DNA of 64,000 bases, from assembly GCA_963821335.1 (NCBI GenBank), contig CAWGDJ010000002.1, positions 517,442-581,441 on the forward strand. The letters are read 5' to 3'. Position 1 is the stretch's first letter, and each line of letters opens with the position of its first letter. The notes under the pieces are model-generated. The model did not search any database. It was given only the letters and a program-made list of their open reading frames with translations, and had not been told where the DNA came from. A program made the position numbers and the translations under genes. This document shows, piece after piece, positions 9,097 through 18,010 of this stretch. The stretch comes from an uncultured Actinomycetes bacterium. GTDB taxonomy: Bacteria; Actinomycetota; Thermoleophilia; Gaiellales; Gaiellaceae.

Positions 9097-9802
9097 GACG
9101 CTCGTCGTCGTCAGCGCGCACTCGGCCGACTTCGTCTGGCGCGCGGCAGGTGCGATCGCGACCGTCACGGGCTCCGGTGGGACCGCGCACGTCATCGCGT
9201 TGTCGTACGGCGAGCGAGGCGAGTCCGGTGAGCTCTGGCGCGAGCCGGGCCAGACCGAGGACCGCGTGAAGGAGATCCGCGAGCGCGAGGCGCGCGAGGC
9301 GGCGGGCGCGCTCGGGGCCGAGTTCCGGTGTCTCGACCTCGGCGACTACCCGCTCGTCGTCGACGGCGTGGCTGTCGACGTGTTGCGCGGCCTCCTCGTC
9401 GAGCTGTCGCCGGACCTCGTCATCACCCATGCGTCGCTCGACCCCTTCAATCCCGACCATGGGGTCGCCCACGAGGCGGCCGTGCAGGCGCGACAGCTCG
9501 CGAGCGGTGCCGGCGTGGCGAGTGCGTTCGCGACGATCGCGCCGCCCGCGCTGCTCGTCTTCGAGCCGCATCAGCCCGAGCTGTGCGGGTTCGTCCCGAC
9601 CACGTTTCTCGATATCACCCCGGTGTGGGACCGGAAGGAGGCCGCGATGGCGGCCATGGGAGCGCAGGGCTACCTCGTCGAGTACTACTCCGAGCGTGCC
9701 AAGCATCGTGCGAACCATGCGCGACGGATCTCCGGCCGTAACGAGATCCAGTTCGCCGAGGCCTTCCAGCGCATGATCCCCGCGGTCGTGGACGAGCTGT
9801 GA
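9089..9802 (+). CDS. galB: 4-oxalomesaconate hydratase (PIG-L family)
   Basis: VVSAHSADFVWRAAGAIA, LSYGERGES, DPFNPDH, FEPHQPELC, FLDITPVW, all GalB-like. Confidence 0.88.
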   Translation: MSRTLVVVSAHSADFVWRAAGAIATVTGSGGTAHVIALSYGERGESGELWREPGQTEDRVKEIREREAREAAGALGAEFRCLDLGDYPLVVDGVAVDVLRGLLVELSPDLVITHASLDPFNPDHGVAHEAAVQARQLASGAGVASAFATIAPPALLVFEPHQPELCGFVPTTFLDITPVWDRKEAAMAAMGAQGYLVEYYSERAKHRANHARRISGRNEIQFAEAFQRMIPAVVDEL

Positions 9803-10416
9803 CCGAGATCGCCGCACTCGCTCAGCTCGGCGTGGCCACGGTGCATGAGGCAGCCGGCCGGATCGGGATCGTCGACGTACCGCTCACCCAGGTCGTCCCT
9901 GGCTCACGTGTCGCCGGGCCGGCCCGCCTCGCGCTTTGCGCGCCAGGCGACAACACGATGGTGCACGCGGCGTTGGCCCGCACCGAGCCCGGGGACGTCC
10001 TCGTCATCACGAGCCACGAGCCGGCACCGGTCGCGCTCGTCGGGGAGCTGCTCGCGATCCAGGCGCTCGCACGCGGCGCAGCAGGGATGCTGGTCGACGG
10101 CGCGGTCCGCGATCTCGAGGACCTGACCGAGATCGGGTTGCCGATCTGGGCGCGGTTCGTGCGCGCACAGGGCGCGACGAAGGGCCAGCCGGGAGAGCTC
10201 GACGTCCCCGCCGTGGTCGGCGGAACGATGATCAAGCCCGGCGATATCGTCGTGATGGACTGCGACGGCGCGATGGTGCTCCCTGCCGAGCGCGTCGAGG
10301 AGGTTCTTCCTCTCGCTCGCAAGCGCGCCGAGCACGAGCGGGCGATGCGTGCGCGCTTCGAGGCCGGTGAGCTCTCGTACGACGTGAGCGGTCTCCGCGA
10401 GCTCGTCGAGGGCTGA
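9799..10416 (+). CDS. galC: 4-carboxy-4-hydroxy-2-oxoadipate/HMG aldolase (RraA family, GalC/LigK)
   Basis: LGVATVHEAAGR, PGDNTMVH, GELLA, DGAVRD, PGDIVVMDCDG; adjacent to galB. Confidence 0.85.
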   Translation: MTEIAALAQLGVATVHEAAGRIGIVDVPLTQVVPGSRVAGPARLALCAPGDNTMVHAALARTEPGDVLVITSHEPAPVALVGELLAIQALARGAAGMLVDGAVRDLEDLTEIGLPIWARFVRAQGATKGQPGELDVPAVVGGTMIKPGDIVVMDCDGAMVLPAERVEEVLPLARKRAEHERAMRARFEAGELSYDVSGLRELVEG

Positions 10417-11159
10417 TGGAGGTCGCCGTCCTCGGGCTCGGCGAGGCCGGTGGACGGATCGCGGCCGATCTCGTCGCAGCGGGGTGCCGGGTGCGGGGAT
10501 GGGACCCGAGGGCTCACCCGACCGAGGTCGAGATGGCCGCCAGCCCACGCGAGGCGGTTGCGGGCGTCGACGTCGTGCTCAGCGTGAATGCGGCTTCCGT
10601 CGCGCTCGACGCCGCCCGGACCGTCGCCGACGCGCTACCGGCCGGGGCGCTCTACGCCGACCTGAACACGACCGCGCCCGAGCTCAAGCGGGAGCTCGCC
10701 CGCGCCGTCCCGGTGGCCTTCGTCGACGTTGCGCTCGTCGGCACCGTCCCGGCGACCGGGCTACGTACGCCGGTGCTCGTCTCGGGAGCTGGTGCAGAGT
10801 CGTTCGCCGAGCGGTTCGCCCCGCTCGGGATGCCGGTGGACGTGGTCGGCCCCGAGCCGGGTGCGGCGGCGGGTCTCAAGCTCCTGCGAAGCGTCTTCAT
10901 GAAGGGGGTCGCGGCTGCGGTGATCGAGAGTCTCGAGGCGGCACGACGTGCCGGCGCGGAGAGCCGCGTCCGCGACGACCTCGTCGACGTGCTCGGCGAG
11001 CCGCTGCTCGAGCGGCTCGTCGTGGGCTCGCAGATGCATGCAGCGAGGCGCGCCGACGAGATGGAGGCGGCCGCCGCGTACCTCGAGGAGCTGGGGGTCG
11101 AGCCGCGGATCTCGCTCGCCGCGGCGGGGTGGCTCGCCGAGCTTCGCGACGCCGGTTGA
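10416..11159 (+). CDS. NAD(P)-dependent oxidoreductase, 6PGD/3-hydroxyisobutyrate dehydrogenase-like with DUF1932 C-terminus
   Basis: LGLGEAG, KLLRSVFMKG, HAARRADEM. Confidence 0.82.
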   Translation: MEVAVLGLGEAGGRIAADLVAAGCRVRGWDPRAHPTEVEMAASPREAVAGVDVVLSVNAASVALDAARTVADALPAGALYADLNTTAPELKRELARAVPVAFVDVALVGTVPATGLRTPVLVSGAGAESFAERFAPLGMPVDVVGPEPGAAAGLKLLRSVFMKGVAAAVIESLEAARRAGAESRVRDDLVDVLGEPLLERLVVGSQMHAARRADEMEAAAAYLEELGVEPRISLAAAGWLAELRDAG

Positions 11160-11160
11160 G

Positions 11161-13146
11161 TCAGGCGTCGACCGGTGCGCGTGCTGCCGCTAGCTCGACG
11201 AAGGCGTCCAGCGCGGTCGAATCGAGGAGCGAGTCGGCACTCGCGACCTTCTCGGCCGCTGTGCCGAGCAGGATCCGCTTGACGGGAGCCTCGAGCTTCT
11301 TACCGGTCAGCGTGCGAGGGATTGCCTGCACGGCGTGGATCGTGTCGGGGACGTGGCGCGGCGAGAGCTCCGTGCGCAGGCTGCGCGAGATCGTCGCTCG
11401 AAGCTCGTCGTCGAGCTCCGCACCCGGGGCGAGGACGACGAACAGCAGCAGCTCACCCGCCCCTCCCCCTGGGTCCTCGAGGTGGATGACGAGGCTGTCG
11501 ACCACCTCGGAGAGCTCGTCGACGACGCCGTAGAACTCGCCCGTCCCCAGCCGGACGCCGCCGCGGTTGAGCGTGGCGTCCGAGCGGCCCGTGAGGACCG
11601 AGCTGCCGCGCTCCGAGAAGCTGACCCAGTCGCCCTGGCGCCAGACCCCGGGGTAGACGTCGAAGTACGACGACCGGTAGAGAGATCCGTCGTCGTCGCC
11701 CCACATGCCGACGGGCATCGACGGCATCGGACGGGTGATCACGAGCTCGCCGAGCTCGCCGACGACGGGTCGTCCCTGGGTGTCGAACGCCTCGGCAGCG
11801 ACACCGAGCATCCGACCCGAGATCTCGCCCTCGTAGACCGGCAGCAGGTCGCAGCCCCCGATCATGCCGCTGCAGACGTCGGTGCCTCCGCTGCCGTTGA
11901 GGAGTCTCACGTCGGGGCCCAGTTGCTCGTAGATCCACCGGTAGCCCTCGATCGGAAGCGGCGAGCCTGCCGTGCAGAAGACGCGAATCGAGCTCAGGTC
12001 GAGCTCGCGTGGCTCGAAGCCTTGGTTGCGGCACGCCGCCAGGAACGCCGGGCTGACGCCCATGAACGACGGGCGCGTCTGTTCGGCGAGCCGCCACTGC
12101 CAGCCCACGTCCGGCCAGGTCGGGTCGCCGTCGATCATGACGATCGAGCAGCGGACGAGCAGCGCGGAGATCAGCGCGTTCCACATCATCCACGACGTCG
12201 TCGAGAACCACAGGATCCGCCCGCCGGGCTTGAGGTCCCATGAGAGCGAGTGAGCCTTCGAGAGCTCGAGCAGGATCCCGCCGTGACCGTGGATGATCGC
12301 CTTCGGGATGCCGGTCGTACCGGACGAGAACAGGACGAACAGCGGGTGGTCGAACGCGACCGGCAGGAACTCGAGCGGGCCGGGCTCGGCGAGGAGCTCC
12401 TCCCACGAAAGCGTGTCCGGAACGTCGTGATCGCCGTACGGCAGGCTCACGACATGGCGGAGCGTCGGCAGCGCCTCCCTGACCGTCTGCACCTCGCTAC
12501 GACGGTCGATCATGCGGTCCCGGAACCCGTAGCTCCCGACGGTGAGCAGTACCGTCGGCTCGAGCTGCCCGATGCGGTCGATGACGCTGCGCGGGCCGAG
12601 CTCCGGCGCGCAGCTCGCCCAGATCGCACCGAGGCTCGCCGTCGCCGCGAACGCGACGAGCGTCTCCGGGATGTTCGGCAGGTACCCGACCACGCGGTCG
12701 CCCGGGCCGACACCGAGCCGCTGGAGGCCTGCCCGCGCACGCGCGACCTGCTCCCGGAGCTCCGCGAAGGTGAGCTCGATCGGGTCCCGAGTCTGCGAGA
12801 AGGCAACGATCGCGACCGTATCGGCGTCCTCGTCGCGACCGAGGAGGTGCTCTGCGAAGTTCAGGCGCGCCCCCGGAAACCAGGTCGCGCCCGGCATCGT
12901 CTCGGTCTCGAGCACCGAGGTGTACGGGGCGTGTGCGATGACCTCGAAGAACTCCCAGATCGAAGACCAGAACCCTGCGAGATCCTCGACCGACCAGCGG
13001 TGGAGCTCGTCGTAGGTCTCGAACGTCAGCCCGCGCGAGCGCTCGAGCCAGGACAGGTACCGCCCGATCTCCGTCGTCTCGCGGACATCTGCCGGCGGAG
13101 ACCAGAGCACCGCCCCCTCGGGGTGCCCGACCGGCGCAGTCGTCAC
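11161..13146 (-). CDS. Acetoacetate--CoA ligase-like acyl-CoA synthetase
   Basis: WFPGARLNFAE, FSSGTTGIPKAIIHGHGG, SGGTDVC, GRSDATLNRGGVRLG, TLTGKKLE. GTG start overlaps the IclR stop. Confidence 0.88.
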   Translation of the reverse strand: MTTAPVGHPEGAVLWSPPADVRETTEIGRYLSWLERSRGLTFETYDELHRWSVEDLAGFWSSIWEFFEVIAHAPYTSVLETETMPGATWFPGARLNFAEHLLGRDEDADTVAIVAFSQTRDPIELTFAELREQVARARAGLQRLGVGPGDRVVGYLPNIPETLVAFAATASLGAIWASCAPELGPRSVIDRIGQLEPTVLLTVGSYGFRDRMIDRRSEVQTVREALPTLRHVVSLPYGDHDVPDTLSWEELLAEPGPLEFLPVAFDHPLFVLFSSGTTGIPKAIIHGHGGILLELSKAHSLSWDLKPGGRILWFSTTSWMMWNALISALLVRCSIVMIDGDPTWPDVGWQWRLAEQTRPSFMGVSPAFLAACRNQGFEPRELDLSSIRVFCTAGSPLPIEGYRWIYEQLGPDVRLLNGSGGTDVCSGMIGGCDLLPVYEGEISGRMLGVAAEAFDTQGRPVVGELGELVITRPMPSMPVGMWGDDDGSLYRSSYFDVYPGVWRQGDWVSFSERGSSVLTGRSDATLNRGGVRLGTGEFYGVVDELSEVVDSLVIHLEDPGGGAGELLLFVVLAPGAELDDELRATISRSLRTELSPRHVPDTIHAVQAIPRTLTGKKLEAPVKRILLGTAAEKVASADSLLDSTALDAFVELAAARAPVDA

Positions 13147-13943
13147 GCGGGCACCAGGCGATGACCCATGCCGAGCGAGATGTCCCGCGCGGTGCGAACC
13201 ACCGCAGGACCGAAGCGCGCGAGCAGCTCGTCCATCGAGCCCATCGTCCGGTGCACCGCGAGGTTCAGGGCAGCCACGACCTCGTCGGAGTGCGAATGGA
13301 TAGGCGCGGCGATCGAGCGAAGCCCGTACGCGAGCTCCTCGTCGTTGACTGCGAGCCCCGCCGCGCGGATCCGGGCGAGCTCGGCACGGAACGCAACCGC
13401 GTCGGTCAGGGTGTTCGGCCCTCTCGGGGCGAAGTCGATCTGCGCGATCAGGCGCTCGCGCTGCTCGTCCGGGACGAACGCCAAGATCGCCTTCCCCATC
13501 GCCGTGCAATACGCCGGCAGCCGGGCGCCGACGTGCAGGTTGAGATCGATCTCCCGTTGCCCGGGTCGCGCGGTGCGGCAGCGCTCGATGTAGACGACGT
13601 CGATCCCGTCGAGGATCGCGAGGTTGACCGTGTGACCCGTCTCGTCGCTCAGCTCACGCAGGTACGGCGCCGAAATCTCGCGGAGGTCCATCGAGTTGAT
13701 CGCCGAGAACCCGAGATCGAGGACACGCGGCCCCAACCGGTAGCGCTTGGTCACCGCGTCCTGCTGCAGGTATCCGAGGCGCGCCAGCGTCGCGATGTAC
13801 CGGTGGGCGGTGCTGCGGCTCAGGTCGAGGTCGCGCGAGAGCTCGCTCACCCCGATCAGCGGTCGCTCGGAGTGGAACGACGAGAGGATCTCGAGCCCTC
13901 GCTCGAGCGACTGCGACGTGCCCGTCCCCCTCGGTGTCGTCAT
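13143..13943 (-). CDS. IclR-family regulator (PcaR/PobR-like)
   Basis: SQSLERGLEIL, HTH LSRSTAHR, VGARLPAYCTAMGK, NDEELAYGLRSIAAP. Probably leaderless (TAGGAT-N6-ATG). Confidence 0.92.
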   Translation of the reverse strand: MTTPRGTGTSQSLERGLEILSSFHSERPLIGVSELSRDLDLSRSTAHRYIATLARLGYLQQDAVTKRYRLGPRVLDLGFSAINSMDLREISAPYLRELSDETGHTVNLAILDGIDVVYIERCRTARPGQREIDLNLHVGARLPAYCTAMGKAILAFVPDEQRERLIAQIDFAPRGPNTLTDAVAFRAELARIRAAGLAVNDEELAYGLRSIAAPIHSHSDEVVAALNLAVHRTMGSMDELLARFGPAVVRTARDISLGMGHRLVPA

Positions 13944-13949
13944 AGCCCG

Positions 13950-14015
13950 ATCCTAGCGTGCCTGTTCGAACAATTGGGACGGTTCTGTCCCGGTTGTCGG
14001 GATGGCGTCTTGACA
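13950..14015. promoter_or_regulatory. Divergent IclR/ligM promoter region with two operator boxes (site B)
   Basis: Minus-strand -10 TAGGAT (13950-13955). Inverted box at 13964-13980 (rc GTCCCAATTGTTCGAAC). GTCCCGGTTGTCGGGATGGCGTC-TTGACA at 13987-14015. Confidence 0.7.
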
Positions 14016-14104
14016 GGCGATGCTTTGCTCTGCGACGCTCACCTGCCTGCGCCGCCGCCTTCGCGCGTCGGCCGATCACGCGCGACAAGGAGCCGCTCGA
14101 ACCC

Positions 14105-15475
14105 ATGAGCCCGCAGAGCCTGGAAGCTGTGCTGCAAGCAGTCGGAAACCCGCTCGACCTCGCCCGCAACTCGCAGATCGGCCCGTACGTCTACCCGAAG
14201 GTCCCGGGCGAGTTCTCGAACTGGAGGGACGAGCAGCACGCATGGCGCGACACCGCGGCGCTCTTCGACCAGTCGCACCACATGACCGATCTCTACGTCA
14301 AGGGCCCCGATGCCTTGCGACTGCTCTCCGACCTCGCGATCAACAGCTTCGAGAACTTCGCCGTCGGCAAGGCGAAGCAGTTCGTCGCCTGCAACGAGGA
14401 CGGATACGTGATCGGCGATGCGATCCTCTTCTACCTCGACGACGAGCTGCTCAGCCTCGTCGGCCGCCCGTCGGCCCACAACTGGGTGCAGTACCACTGC
14501 GAGACCGGGTCGTACGACGCGACCGTCGAGCGCGACGAGCGCTCCGCCGTCAATCCGGGCAACCGCAAGCTCTACCGCTTCCAGGTGCAGGGCCCGAACG
14601 CGCTCCTCGTGCTCGAGAAGGCGAACGGCGGACCGCTCCCAGAGATCAAGTTCTTCAACATGGGGCGCCTCACGATCGGCGGGCGTGAGGTGCGGGCGCT
14701 CCACCACGGGATGTCTGGCGTCCCCGGTCTCGAGCTGTTCGGGCCGTGGGACGAGGGCGAGGACGTTCGCGCCGCGATCGTGGCGGCGGGCGAGGAGTTC
14801 GACCTCTGCCAGGTGGGTGCGCGCGTCTACGCAACGAACACGCTCGAGTCCGGCTGGATCCCATGCCCCGTGCCCGCGGTGTTCACCGGGGACTCGATGA
14901 AGCCCTACCGCGAGTGGCTGCCTGCGAACGGGTACGAGGCAACCGGCTCGCTCGGCGGGAGCTGGTACGCGGACGACATGTCCGACTACTACCGCACCCC
15001 GTACGAGCTCGGTTACGGCTCGTTCGTCAAGTTCGACCACGACTTCGTCGGTCGCGCAGCGCTCGAGGCGATGGACCCGGGCTCGCAGTGGCGCAAGGTC
15101 ACCCTCGCATGGGACGGCGACGACGTCGAGGACGCGATCGGCACGATGTTCCACAAAGGCGACAAGGCGAAGTACATCGACCTCCCGCTGTCGAACTACT
15201 CGACCTGGCCGAACGACCGCGTGACGAGGGACGGGAAGCAGGTCGGCGTGTCGACCTTCTCGGGATACAGCTCGAACGAGGAGACGATGCTCTCGCTCGC
15301 GATGGTCGATCCCGAGCACAGCGAGCCAGGTACCGAGGTGACGCTCGTCTGGGGCGAGGAGGGTGGCGGGTCCGGCAAGCCGGTCGTCGAGCGCCACGTC
15401 CAGACCGAGATTCGCGCCACGGTCTCGCCGGTTCCGTACACCGAGGTCGTGCGAACCTCATACCGGCCGCATTGA
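14105..15475 (+). CDS. ligM: THF-dependent vanillate/3-O-methylgallate O-demethylase (GcvT family)
   Basis: RNSQIGPYVYP, EFSNWRDEQ, LFDQSHHM, HGMSGVPGLELFGP, YATNTLESGWIP, GSFVKFDHDFVGR; AAGGAG upstream. Confidence 0.9.
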   Translation: MSPQSLEAVLQAVGNPLDLARNSQIGPYVYPKVPGEFSNWRDEQHAWRDTAALFDQSHHMTDLYVKGPDALRLLSDLAINSFENFAVGKAKQFVACNEDGYVIGDAILFYLDDELLSLVGRPSAHNWVQYHCETGSYDATVERDERSAVNPGNRKLYRFQVQGPNALLVLEKANGGPLPEIKFFNMGRLTIGGREVRALHHGMSGVPGLELFGPWDEGEDVRAAIVAAGEEFDLCQVGARVYATNTLESGWIPCPVPAVFTGDSMKPYREWLPANGYEATGSLGGSWYADDMSDYYRTPYELGYGSFVKFDHDFVGRAALEAMDPGSQWRKVTLAWDGDDVEDAIGTMFHKGDKAKYIDLPLSNYSTWPNDRVTRDGKQVGVSTFSGYSSNEETMLSLAMVDPEHSEPGTEVTLVWGEEGGGSGKPVVERHVQTEIRATVSPVPYTEVVRTSYRPH

Positions 15476-15627
15476 CGCGAGCGTGACACCGCATCGCACT
15501 CCGTCGCGCCGACCGACTTGGCCTGGGTCGGCGCACGGCGATACGCTCGTCGACAACACCCGATGAACGTCAGCTTCCGGCGGCACGACACGACCGCCAG
15601 CCAACTCGAGCACGAGAGGAGCGCCGC

Positions 15628-16668
15628 GTGAGCGCATCGGACGGAATCGGCGGGCTCGACCGCGACCGCCTGATCTGGATCTACCACCAGATGCTGCGGA
15701 TCCGCGAGTTCGAGGAGCGCGTCAAGCGCACCTTCGAGGAGCACCCCGGAGTGATCCGCGGTCACACGCATCTCGCCGATGGCGCCGAGGCGTCGATCGT
15801 CGGCTCGATCGCGACGCTGGGCCCGAATGACCAGTTCTTCACGACCTACCGCTGTCACGGGTACCCGATCGCCCGCGGGACCGACCCGCAGGCGATGATG
15901 GCCGAGATCTACGGTCGCAAGGATGGGATCTGCAAGGGCCTCGGCGGCTCGATGCACCTCACCGACGTCTCGAATGGGTTCCTCGGGACGTCAGGGATCG
16001 TCGGCGCCGGAATCCCCCACGCCGCCGGCGCGGCCTGGGCGGCGCAGATCCGCGGTCAGGGCCAGGTGGTGCTGTGCTTCTTCGGTGACGGCGCTTCGAA
16101 GCAGGGAGCGTTCGCGGAGACGCTGAACATCGCCTCGCTGTGGAAGCTCCCGATCGTGTTCGTGATGGAGAACAACGGGTACAACGTCCACACCCGTACC
16201 GAGCAGGAGGATGCGAACCGCGCCAACGGCGAAGACCTCTCCACGAAGGCGAGGGCGTACAGCATGCCGGGCGTGACGATCGACGGTCGCGACCCGATCG
16301 CCGTGCACGAGACGGTCGGGGCGGCGGTCGCGCGCGCGAGAGCAGGAGAAGGGCCGACGCTCGTCGAGTCGCAGATGTACCGCCTCTCGGCCCACGGGAA
16401 CATCATCGCCCCGCCAGGTGTGCCGCTCCACTTCCCGGAGCACGAGGCGGTCGAGAAGTTCGGCGCTCCCGAGGAGTACGAAGCCGCGAAGCAGGGCGAC
16501 CCCGTGCCGGCGTTCCGTGGCCGGCTCGTCGCGGAGGGCGTGCTCTCGGCGGACGAGGCCGACGCGCTCGCCGAGCGCGTGCGCGACGAGATGCAGGCGG
16601 TAGTGAGCTTCGCGCTCGACAGTCCCTTCCCGGATCTGGACGAGGCCACCCGGTACGTCTACGCCTAG
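15628..16668 (+). CDS. ThDP-dependent 2-oxoacid/acetoin dehydrogenase E1 alpha (divergent copy 1)
   Basis: YRCHG, GGSMH, GDGASKQG...ENNGY. Confidence 0.88.
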   Translation: MSASDGIGGLDRDRLIWIYHQMLRIREFEERVKRTFEEHPGVIRGHTHLADGAEASIVGSIATLGPNDQFFTTYRCHGYPIARGTDPQAMMAEIYGRKDGICKGLGGSMHLTDVSNGFLGTSGIVGAGIPHAAGAAWAAQIRGQGQVVLCFFGDGASKQGAFAETLNIASLWKLPIVFVMENNGYNVHTRTEQEDANRANGEDLSTKARAYSMPGVTIDGRDPIAVHETVGAAVARARAGEGPTLVESQMYRLSAHGNIIAPPGVPLHFPEHEAVEKFGAPEEYEAAKQGDPVPAFRGRLVAEGVLSADEADALAERVRDEMQAVVSFALDSPFPDLDEATRYVYA

Positions 16669-16682
16669 GAGGCGATCGCTCA

Positions 16683-17663
16683 ATGGCACACGAACTGCCC
16701 TACATCGCCGCCATCAACGAGGCGATCATGCTCGAGATGGAGCGCGACGAGACGGTGCTCTACTTCGGTCAGAACATGGCGACGACGGAGAACGAGCCGT
16801 ACGTCGACGCGTTTGGCAAGGACCGAGTCCGCGTCACGCCGATCTCCGAGACCGCCGAGATCGGGATCGCGATCGGTGCCGCGCTCGCCGGCTTCCGCCC
16901 GGTGGTCGAGCTCTACATGGCGGAGTTCATGCTCGTCGCGATGGACCAGGTCGTGAACGAGGGAAACCGCTTCCGTGCGATGACCGGGGGCCAGGTGAAG
17001 GTCCCGATCGTCCTGAAGGCCGGGTACGGCTTCACCGCCGGCTGGGCCGGACAGCACACCGGGACGATCAGCGCCCTGTTCATGGGAGTGCCAGGGCTGA
17101 AGGTCGTAGTCCCGTCGACCGCCGCCGACGCCAAGGGCCTGATGGCGACGGCGATCCGCGACGACAACCCGGTCGTCTACCTCCACAACTACCTCCTCAC
17201 CCTTGAGCACGGCGATGTGCCGGACGGCGAGTACCTCGTCCCGTTCGGTGAGGCCGCGATCAGGCGCGAGGGCGGCGACGTGACGATCGTCGGCACCGGC
17301 TGGACGGTCGACCGGGCGCTCGGCGCGGCGGACCAGCTCGCCGAGCAAGGGATCGAGGCCGAGGTGATCGACCCGCGGACGCTCGCGCCGCTCGACACCC
17401 AGACGATCCTCGAGTCGGTCGACAAGACGGGTCATCTGGTGCTCGTCGACCAGGCGACCCGGCATGCGTCGGCGTCGGCGGTGATCGCGGCCGAGGTCGC
17501 CGAGCACGGGTTCTCGTCGTTGAAGGCGCCGATCGTGCAGGTGACGGCGCTCGACGCCACGGTCCCGTACAGCGAGCCTCTCGAGGCGCATGTGATCCCG
17601 AGCGACGACAAGGTCGTGGCCGCCGTCCAGCGAGTGCTGGGGACGGCGCCCGTGACGGTGTAG
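16683..17663 (+). CDS. E1 beta subunit (divergent copy 1)
   Basis: TPISE, GFRPVVE, GQH, PGLKVVVPS, EVIDPRTLAPLD. Confidence 0.88.
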   Translation: MAHELPYIAAINEAIMLEMERDETVLYFGQNMATTENEPYVDAFGKDRVRVTPISETAEIGIAIGAALAGFRPVVELYMAEFMLVAMDQVVNEGNRFRAMTGGQVKVPIVLKAGYGFTAGWAGQHTGTISALFMGVPGLKVVVPSTAADAKGLMATAIRDDNPVVYLHNYLLTLEHGDVPDGEYLVPFGEAAIRREGGDVTIVGTGWTVDRALGAADQLAEQGIEAEVIDPRTLAPLDTQTILESVDKTGHLVLVDQATRHASASAVIAAEVAEHGFSSLKAPIVQVTALDATVPYSEPLEAHVIPSDDKVVAAVQRVLGTAPVTV

Positions 17664-17665
17664 GT

Positions 17666-18007
17666 CGTGCTGACGTGAGTCCGGTGGCACGCGACCGCGA
17701 AGCGGGCGCCTTCAGGGGTCTTGCTCTTCTCCGGCGCGGTGGGGATCTGCGCGAGCGGATCCCCACCTTGCGCAGCTAGCGTGCTGACGTGAGTCCGGTG
17801 GCATGCGACCGCGAAGCGGGCGCCTTCAGGGGTCTTGCTCTTCTCCGGCGCGGTGGGGATCTGCGCGAGCGGATCCCCACCTTGCGCAGCTAGCGTGCTG
17901 ACGTGAGTCCGGTGGCATGCGACCGCGAAGCGGGCGCCTTCAGGGGTCTTGCTCTTCTCCAGCGCGGTGGGGATCTGCGCGAGCGGATCCCCACCTTGCG
18001 CAGCTAG
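17666..18007. repeat. Three tandem, near-identical 114-bp structured units (REP/MITE-like)
   Basis: Units start at 17666, 17780 and 17894, with only two variable positions. Each has a CCGCGAAGCGG mini-hairpin, a GGTGGGGATCTGC-GCGA-GCGGATCCCCACC stem-loop and a terminal CTAG. Confidence 0.95.
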
Positions 18008-18010
18008 ACA

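Noticed and set aside
17666-18007. CRISPR array or group II intron fragment
   Set aside because: The units are full-length near-identical with no unique spacers, and there are no cas genes. The hairpins do not match the domain V consensus, and no reverse transcriptase is present.
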